DNA of 64,000 nt from a cyanobacterium endosymbiont of Rhopalodia gibba (lineage in GTDB: Bacteria > Cyanobacteriota > Cyanobacteriia > Cyanobacteriales > Microcystaceae): assembly GCA_045159875.1 (NCBI GenBank), contig CP067995.1, positions 640,001 through 704,000 of the forward strand. Reading direction: 5' to 3'. This document shows positions 56,964 through 64,000 of the stretch, piece by piece. The notes beneath the pieces were generated by a model, which did no database searches, had not been told where the DNA came from, and saw only the letters and a list, made by a program, of their open reading frames with translations. How positions within the stretch are numbered: the stretch's first letter is position 1; every line of letters begins with the position of its first letter. The position numbers and the translations under genes were made by a program.

Positions 56964-59642
56964 TTAAGAACTCTGGGGAAAAATTACTTCAGGTTTTACC
57001 TTGACAATATTTTCTTCTGATTCTTCTTTACAAAATTCTAAGTTACTATTATGACAATCAACAATAACTTGATCACCAGAAACGAATCTATTTTCTAGTA
57101 TTCTTGTCGCCATAGGATTCTCTAATTCTCGTTGAATAGCCCGTTTTAAAGGACGCGCTCCATAGACGGGATCATAACCAGAACTAACAATATGATCTAG
57201 GGCTGATTCTGTTAACTTTATCCTGATTTTTTGTTCTTTAAGTAATTTTTCAATTCGTTTGATTTGCAGACGCACAATCTGCCGTAACTCTGTTTTCTTA
57301 AGGGTATGAAAAATAATCAGATCATCGATACGGTTCAGAAATTCGGGACGGAAATGTTGACGCAATGATTGTAAAACCTTTTTACGCATTTCCTCATAAT
57401 CCGTGTCATCTTGTGTAAGGTTGAGAATGTGGCTACTTCCTATGTTACTAGTCATTACAATAATAGCGTTACGGAAATCTATCACTCGTCCTTGAGAATC
57501 AGTAATACGTCCATCATCGAGGACTTGCAAAAGAACATTAAAGACATCTAAATGGGCTTTTTCCACTTCATCCAGCAACACTACACAATAGGGACGACGA
57601 CGGACTGCTTCAGACAATTGTCCCCCTTTCTCATACCCCACATATCCAGGGGGCGCACCAACCAATCGAGAGACAGTTTGTTTTTCCATATACTCAGACA
57701 TATCAATGCGAACCATTGCCTCTTCTGAGTCGAAGAGAAAAGCGGCTAATGCCCTAGCTAGTTCAGTTTTTCCCACCCCCGTAGGACCCATAAACAAGAA
57801 TGAACCAATAGGACGGGAAGGATCTTTCATTCCAGCCCTAGCACGGCGAATGGCAGCAGCAACAGCGGCTACAGCTTCTTGTTGTCCAATAACCTTTTCG
57901 TGTAGATATCCTTCAAGTTTAAGAAGTTTTTGACGTTCGGTCGCTAACAAACGATTAGTAGGGATACCTGTCCATCCAGCTACAATTTCAGCAATATCAG
58001 AGTCGGAGACTTGTTCTCGGAGTAAGGTTTTTCCCTGTGATTGAATATCAAGAAGTCTAGTTTCTTTAGCTTCCCGTTGTCGTTGAACTACCTCTAATTT
58101 ACCGTATTTTAATTGGGCTGCTTTGTTCAGTTCGTAAGCTCTTTCTGCTTGTTCAACTTGTAGACGTAGCTGTTCTTCCTCTTCTTTGAGAGTATTAATA
58201 TCATCAAGTATCTGTTTTTCCAGCTGCCATTGGGACGCAAGTTGTTCGTGAGTAGATTCTAATTTTTTTATTTCTTTTTGAATGCCTTCTAAACGTTCTT
58301 TGGAAGCGCGATCAATGATTAACATTCCTCGTTGTTCTTCTCCCTCTAAGGAAAGTTTTTCCATTTGTAACTGCATTAAACGACGATCAACATCTTCTAG
58401 TTCAACAGGTTTAGAGGTGATCTCCATTTTTAACTTAGCTGCGGCTTCATCTACAAGGTCAATGGCTTTGTCGGGTAAAAAGCGACCAGTAATATAACGA
58501 TGGGAAAGAGTTGCTGCAGCCACTAATGCTGAGTCAGTAATTTTGACCCCATGATGAACCTCATAGCGTTCTTTGAGTCCCCTTAGAATGGAAATGGTAT
58601 CTTCCACACTCGGTTGTTTGACATACACTTGTTGAAAACGTCGTTCCAGAGCAGGATCTTGTTCAATATGCTTCCGGTACTCATCAAGAGTTGTTGCACC
58701 GATGCAGCGCAATTCTCCGCGGGCTAACATGGGTTTTAATAGGTTGCCTGCATCCATGCCTCCTCCTTCACGAGAACCTGCCCCGACAACGGTATGAAGT
58801 TCATCAATAAAGAGAATAATTTCTCCCCCAGATTGGGTAACTTCTCGCATTACGGTTCGTAGACGTTCTTCAAATTCCCCTCGGTATTTAGCCCCCGCGA
58901 TGAGACTTCCCATGTCTAGAGAAATTAATTTACGACTTTTGAGAGACTCAGGAACGTCCCCGTTAATAATACGTTGGGCTAACCCTTCGGCAATCGCAGT
59001 TTTTCCGACTCCTGGTTCTCCAATTAAGACGGGATTATTTTTTGATCTACGGGAAAGAACCTGAATCACACGACGAATTTCTTCATCTCGGCCAATTACA
59101 GGGTCAAGTTTTCCTTTTTTTGCTTGCTCAGTAAGATCTCGCCCATATTTCACAAGAGCTTCATAATTATCTTCTTGGTTTGGTTCGGTAACTTTTTGTG
59201 ATCCTCGAAGTGCCCTTATCTCTTTCTCTAAGTCTTGGGGGTCAAATTGAAAACTCTTCAAGCAACGTCGTCCAATGCGTTCATCTTCAGCAAATCCCAT
59301 CAACAGATGTTCAACGGAAATATATTTATCTTGCCAACTTTCACGAGAAGCTTCCGCACGATTTAACATCAAATCTAAGCCCTGTCCTAGGTAAAGTTGA
59401 TCGACAGTAATTACTTTAGATTGACGGTTGCTAAAAACTTCTAATTGTTGTTGTAATCGGAGAACATCTAGGTTAGCTCTTTCTAAAATGCGAATAGTTA
59501 AACCTTTTTCCTGTTCTAACAGGGCTAAAACAACGTGTTCTACTTCTAAGGTTTGATTTCTAAAACGCCGGGCTACGTCTTGCGATTTGACGATCGCGTC
59601 CCAGGCTTGTTCTGTAAATTTACTTGAATCAGTTGGCTGCAT
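56964..59642 (-). CDS. clpB: Chaperone ClpB
   Basis: Two AAA modules ([16 protein letters not shown]), coiled-coil M domain, [15 protein letters not shown]; likely start ATG 59642 (MQPTD). Confidence 0.96.
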   Translation of the reverse strand: MQPTDSSKFTEQAWDAIVKSQDVARRFRNQTLEVEHVVLALLEQEKGLTIRILERANLDVLRLQQQLEVFSNRQSKVITVDQLYLGQGLDLMLNRAEASRESWQDKYISVEHLLMGFAEDERIGRRCLKSFQFDPQDLEKEIRALRGSQKVTEPNQEDNYEALVKYGRDLTEQAKKGKLDPVIGRDEEIRRVIQVLSRRSKNNPVLIGEPGVGKTAIAEGLAQRIINGDVPESLKSRKLISLDMGSLIAGAKYRGEFEERLRTVMREVTQSGGEIILFIDELHTVVGAGSREGGGMDAGNLLKPMLARGELRCIGATTLDEYRKHIEQDPALERRFQQVYVKQPSVEDTISILRGLKERYEVHHGVKITDSALVAAATLSHRYITGRFLPDKAIDLVDEAAAKLKMEITSKPVELEDVDRRLMQLQMEKLSLEGEEQRGMLIIDRASKERLEGIQKEIKKLESTHEQLASQWQLEKQILDDINTLKEEEEQLRLQVEQAERAYELNKAAQLKYGKLEVVQRQREAKETRLLDIQSQGKTLLREQVSDSDIAEIVAGWTGIPTNRLLATERQKLLKLEGYLHEKVIGQQEAVAAVAAAIRRARAGMKDPSRPIGSFLFMGPTGVGKTELARALAAFLFDSEEAMVRIDMSEYMEKQTVSRLVGAPPGYVGYEKGGQLSEAVRRRPYCVVLLDEVEKAHLDVFNVLLQVLDDGRITDSQGRVIDFRNAIIVMTSNIGSSHILNLTQDDTDYEEMRKKVLQSLRQHFRPEFLNRIDDLIIFHTLKKTELRQIVRLQIKRIEKLLKEQKIRIKLTESALDHIVSSGYDPVYGARPLKRAIQRELENPMATRILENRFVSGDQVIVDCHNSNLEFCKEESEENIVKVKPEVIFPQSS

Positions 59643-60381
59643 TATTGGCTTAATTCCCTGCGGGTAAGGCAAAAGGCAAAAGTTGATGACAATACGATAT
59701 TCAACTTATCCTAATACCCTTATTTTAATCGGTAGTATGATGAGCGGTAGAAAGGAAGACGGTCCTAATTTCTGAGCCTGTCAAGTTTCACTAGGGACAT
59801 AGTCAAATTAGATTCTCATCAAACCTAAATAATAGGATATTAATTTTCATTGAACAAATTTTTAACTATCCGTCGGACAATTGATTCAGAAGATTCGAAA
59901 TTATTTTTACTTAATAACTTTTTCATCATAAGTTTATTTTTTTCTTTAATTACAAGTTATTTTACCTCTAAATAGACTATTTTAATAACATTAAACAGAC
60001 AATAATACAACTATCTAAATTCTTCTAGATTTTGTTATATCCTCCAACATTTTTTTAAAAAAAACATACAATTTTTATCTACTTGGAACATCTCTTGTGC
60101 GTATAAAAATTGATTACACGAGCAATTAAAATCGACAAATTTATCTAGTATTTTTTTTATAAAAATTAACTGCAATAATTTTAATTGTCTTGGTTTCTGT
60201 CCCATTCATATATTTTTTATAACTTTCTTGCCAGTTTAAGATAGCCAAAATATCTAGTTGGTAGCAAGAGCTTGGCTCTGTTAATACACCTAAACTGAAG
60301 CTTACTACCAACCCAGATCTTTATGCACCATATGCATATTTTAGCTGTGTTAGTTTACTTTTTTCTAAATTTCTATCTATT

Positions 60382-61188
60382 CTAAGTTGTTGCCCAAAAT
60401 CTGATAACATACCAGAGGGCTTTTACCCCATCCGTCCAATTAATTTTTTTACCCTCAGCATAAGATCGCCCATAATAGGAAACTCCTGCTTCATATAAAC
60501 GCCAGCGACGGTGAGACTTAGCTACCTTAACGGTAAACTCTACTTCAAAACCGAAGTCATTACAATTCAATTTTATATCATCTAACACTTCCCTTCGGAA
60601 CATTTTTGTACAAACTTCAATATCTGTTAAAGTTGTGTTGCAAAGTAAATTAATAAAGTTAGAAATAACCTGATTACCTAAGAGGTGATGAAAATATAAA
60701 ACCCGATGGGGTTCACCATAAAAGCGAGAGCCATAGACTACATCAGCCCACCCTTCCTGAATTAATCGCCACATCCGTTTCCAGTCTTGTGGATCATATT
60801 CTAGGTCGGCATCCTGAATCAGAATGACCTCTCCTGTAGCGGCTTTAAACCCTGTTCGTAAGGCAGCTCCTTTGCCTTGATTATGTTTATGGAAGATCAA
60901 TTGAACACCGACAGATAAAGAGTCAGAAGATGCTACTTCTCCTCGAGAATGATGAGTTTCGCATTTGATAACTATTAATCGTTGATTACTATCAAGTTCA
61001 ATTCTTACCTTCTGGCTATTCGCTTGGCCAAAGGTTCGTTCTAACCATTCTCTGGTTCCATCAGTCGAGCCATCATCAACTATAACAATTTCTTTCGAAA
61101 TCCCTGGAAGTGCTTGAGCTACTTTGGTCAAAGCACTTTCTATAGTATGAATTTCATTGTAAACAGGAATAACAATCGATAATTTCAT
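60382..61188 (-). CDS. Glycosyltransferase family 2 (polyprenol-phosphate glycosyltransferase-like)
   Basis: LSIVIPVYNE, VDDGSTDGT, NQGKGAAL, QDADLEYDP, VYGSRF; AGGAG RBS before ATG 61188. Confidence 0.92.
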   Translation of the reverse strand: MKLSIVIPVYNEIHTIESALTKVAQALPGISKEIVIVDDGSTDGTREWLERTFGQANSQKVRIELDSNQRLIVIKCETHHSRGEVASSDSLSVGVQLIFHKHNQGKGAALRTGFKAATGEVILIQDADLEYDPQDWKRMWRLIQEGWADVVYGSRFYGEPHRVLYFHHLLGNQVISNFINLLCNTTLTDIEVCTKMFRREVLDDIKLNCNDFGFEVEFTVKVAKSHRRWRLYEAGVSYYGRSYAEGKKINWTDGVKALWYVIRFWATT

Positions 61189-61479
61189 AAGAGATCTCCT
61201 CGAACACCCTTTCAATGGTTAATTTTGTTAATTGACCTAACTTTACTCTTTTTTTCTCCTTACTTATACCAGTTTGTCCCTAGTTATTGCAAAGCTTCTA
61301 AAAATTTGATGTGAGTCAATTAAAGTTAATAAATAAAGTTCAATGCTAGATATTAGCGTAACTAATATCTATTGTCATCATAGTGAAAAAAAGTTCTTCA
61401 AGGTCAGATTTTAATATCTAACAATACTACTAGGGTTTTTCAAGCATTAGTATATAATAAATAATCTTGTGAAGTGGCA

Positions 61480-62230
61480 CAAAATAGAAAATTTATGTTA
61501 CTCAAGAACCTATAAATTTATATGGGCTTCACGAAGTTAAATTTTATCAACGAGTTTCACTGATTTTTACTTTATCTTTTGTTTGTAAAAAATAATTAAT
61601 TAAAATTTCTAATTAATAGAGGTTTTCTAAAGACTTCTTGAGTAATATATTTTCAATTTCTAAAAATTTTATTAATTAAACTCTGCGTTAAATTAGAAAT
61701 ACACTTGTATCTATTAACGTTACCTAGGATCAACTTTAAAGCCAATAACTCACCGCAGTCGCCTATAATCCAATATAGTTTCAATTTAAAATGCTATCCA
61801 ATATGATTTTATACTAATCATTGAACCAATCCAATTAAGTCTTTAAAAACTTAATTTATTTAACTACGAGATCGATAACAAATTTTTACTTTAATCAATT
61901 TAATAAAAATAATTTTTATGATTTTTTATTTATAAATTAGTAATACATAAAATATTAGTATCCTTATATAAAAGATAAACTTTATAAGATAAAAAATGTT
62001 TAATTTTATAAAAAATTTATATTAAATAATATTAAAATTCATTATGATAGTTACAATTTTATCTCTTCTTAAATAAAAGCGACATTTTTTTCTTTAAAAG
62101 AAATACTGTTATTCAATAATAAAAATGACAGTATTTTTTTGATTTTTAATATGAGTAATCTAGATTATAAAAAGTTTTTTTAAGATCAATATATAGTTTT
62201 ATAATTAAATTTATAGACCTTAATAAGGGT
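61480..62230 (-). mobile_element. Decayed IS982-family transposase (boundaries approximate)
   Basis: IVTIIMNF (~VMTIIIAF), VFKDL, G*HFKLKLYWIIGDCGELLALKLILGNVN (~GWFYGFKLHLIINDQGELLAFKLTPGNVD), KIFRN*KYITQ (~KLFGDRGYISQ), VKLVDKI*LR. Confidence 0.75.
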
Positions 62231-62954
62231 AATCTATAATATAGAGTCTCCACTTTTTTTCTCTCCATAAATTGCTGTAGAATTTATCTTTAACAGAATA
62301 TTTTTAACTAAAATACTAACGAAGTATTTAAAAAAATTAGTTAAATTTATCAAAACCAGTATAAATATTCCTATGGTTAAGTTAATTTTTCTGTCAAAAT
62401 CATTTCAGCAAATATTCATCTATTTTACTAAAGTGAACCTAATAGCGATTACACCCAGAATAAGAACTCAAGTAAGGGCTGTAGCTACTTTAGGTAAAGT
62501 ATCCGTAATACCCCGTTAGATACAGGCAAAATCTTAACTAGTAACTGTTACTATAATTCAATCTAAATCACAAATTAAGTTGGCTAAATTGTACTTATAA
62601 TGACTTCACTAATCCCTAGTAATTAGTCTCTACTAAAAATTAGTCATATTATTTATTAATAAAACAATAATAGTAGCATTCCTGTTAACTAATAATTTAA
62701 ATACTAAGTAAAATTAAAAATAATAAATTGAGTTTTATACTTATTTAAATTTAAAATATATTTTTTGACAAAGAAAGTAAATTTTTGACAACAATTACTA
62801 CTCACTAGTATATTTCTATTTTTTTTTTAAAAAAGTTGTAATAACAGATTATTTATTTGGGTTATACTTAATAAGTTATGATTAGTCTCTTTATTATAAA
62901 ATTCAGTTATCTATACTGTGTATTTTAAGCAATTATTCTAATTTTAGAAAAAAT

Positions 62955-63700
62955 GATTTTTATCGTACTCATATTATTGTTAGCGCGATTTTAAGTATTT
63001 TTATGTTATCAGTTATTGCTTTGACTTCTAGTCAAAGTTTAATTTATGTTAGAATTTTTATCTATTTCCACAGCAAAATAAGCTTCTTTTAAAGAAGACT
63101 ATATTATTCTCATCATAACGGAAGTTATTGTATTAGGATTGGTAGCTATTATTAGAAATAGTTCTTTGCAAGAGTAGCTAATACTCAAACTAATGGCTAC
63201 TCTTACTAGTTTACCATTACATGGTTAAAACAACTTTCTTCTGCATTTTAACAATACGGTAAGTTCTTATTAATGTATCGTATTGTTATTGTATTTGGGT
63301 AAAACCTTTATATGAACAAGATTTATTCTTCTGAGTAAAAATAATTTTAGGATAACGTCATTAATTATTGAACTTTATTAGTTGGTAATGATGATAGTAT
63401 GTTTAATTAAACTTACAAATATTAATTATTTTTTGATTGTTAGGTCCCATTTAGGTTTAGTAGTTTTACTGAAATGGTGTGATAAAAGACTGAATTTAGA
63501 AAACAAAATAGCTATCATTAAATCTTATTAATTTATTTAAAAACTCTTTTTTTAAAATATTTACTTTCTCCTTTTTATCCTATAGTTTTATATTAAATTT
63601 AATTTAATTAAGAGTGTAATTCATGGATAAATTAAATACTATCTTTTTGAATAAAAAAAATTTTAAACTGATTAAAAATCAGTTACATGAAAACTAAAAA
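62955..63700 (+). pseudogene. Probable branched-chain/neutral amino acid ABC permease (NatC/LivM-like) pseudogene
   Basis: SAILSIFMLS, KEDYIILI (~REDYLAIV), SLPL, LIVRSHLGLV (~LVRSPWGRV). Confidence 0.4.
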
Positions 63701-64000
63701 TAAATTAATCGTAAGCTAATTTTTTTTAAAAAAATGTCATGCATTTAAAGTAAAGAGTAATAAGTTCGACCAAGAAAGTCGAGGGAATAGATAAGTGACT
63801 AGAAAAAGTATAAAAAATCAAGAAATCAAGTTTGGGGGTTAATTGTTCTTTTGTTCTGTGCCATTCCTACTGCCACTATATTATTTTTTGAGTCCAACCG
63901 TTAACCAACAAAGCATGATCTGATATTTCAGATTAGCTTTAATGTAACAGTTAAAGGTGATAAAATCAGAGATAGTAAATAAAACATAGGGCAAAAAAAG

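Noticed and set aside
57706..59410. Short ORFs nested in clpB (likewise in pcrA, murG, argJ, dnaG, the ABC ATPase, trpE, folP and tpiA)
   Set aside because: Antisense or alternate-frame shadows of well-supported genes

Overview
AT-rich 64 kb segment of a cyanobacterial chromosome in active reductive evolution. It carries 33 apparently intact CDS covering only about 53% of the window (my sum of ORF lengths). These are mainly housekeeping genes: queD, lysA, cdaA, uppS, tadA, hisS, nagB, clpS, pcrA, trxA, murG, alkA, argJ, dnaG, trpE, speA, folP, tpiA, nadD, nrtR, nadE and clpB. Two RNA genes are present: tRNA-Leu(UAA) with its group I intron, and the sRNA Yfr1. Hand translation of the long 'intergenic' tracts shows that many are fossils. 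They include pseudogenes of photosystem I subunit psaD, pyruvate:ferredoxin oxidoreductase nifJ (large internal deletion), pncB, a Ni/Co ECF transporter (nikM/N/Q-type), a metallophosphoesterase, probably hik2, a natC-like permease and a small conserved protein. They also include heavily eroded transposases of the IS630, IS701, IS982, IS4 and possibly IS1 families. Dead psaD plus this pseudogene load best fits a non-photosynthetic endosymbiont such as the spheroid body (diazoplast) of rhopalodiacean diatoms. That assignment is inference, since no structural nif genes lie in the window. No CRISPR, prophage or intact defence or mobile system was found. The most unusual signals are an NAD operon apparently still read through a dead first gene from an intact-looking NrtR operator, a biased C>T erosion of HIP1 sites, long perfect palindromes in otherwise decayed DNA, and an unannotated 50-aa membrane-anchored ORF. 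All homology calls are by-eye motif recognition, not database searches.
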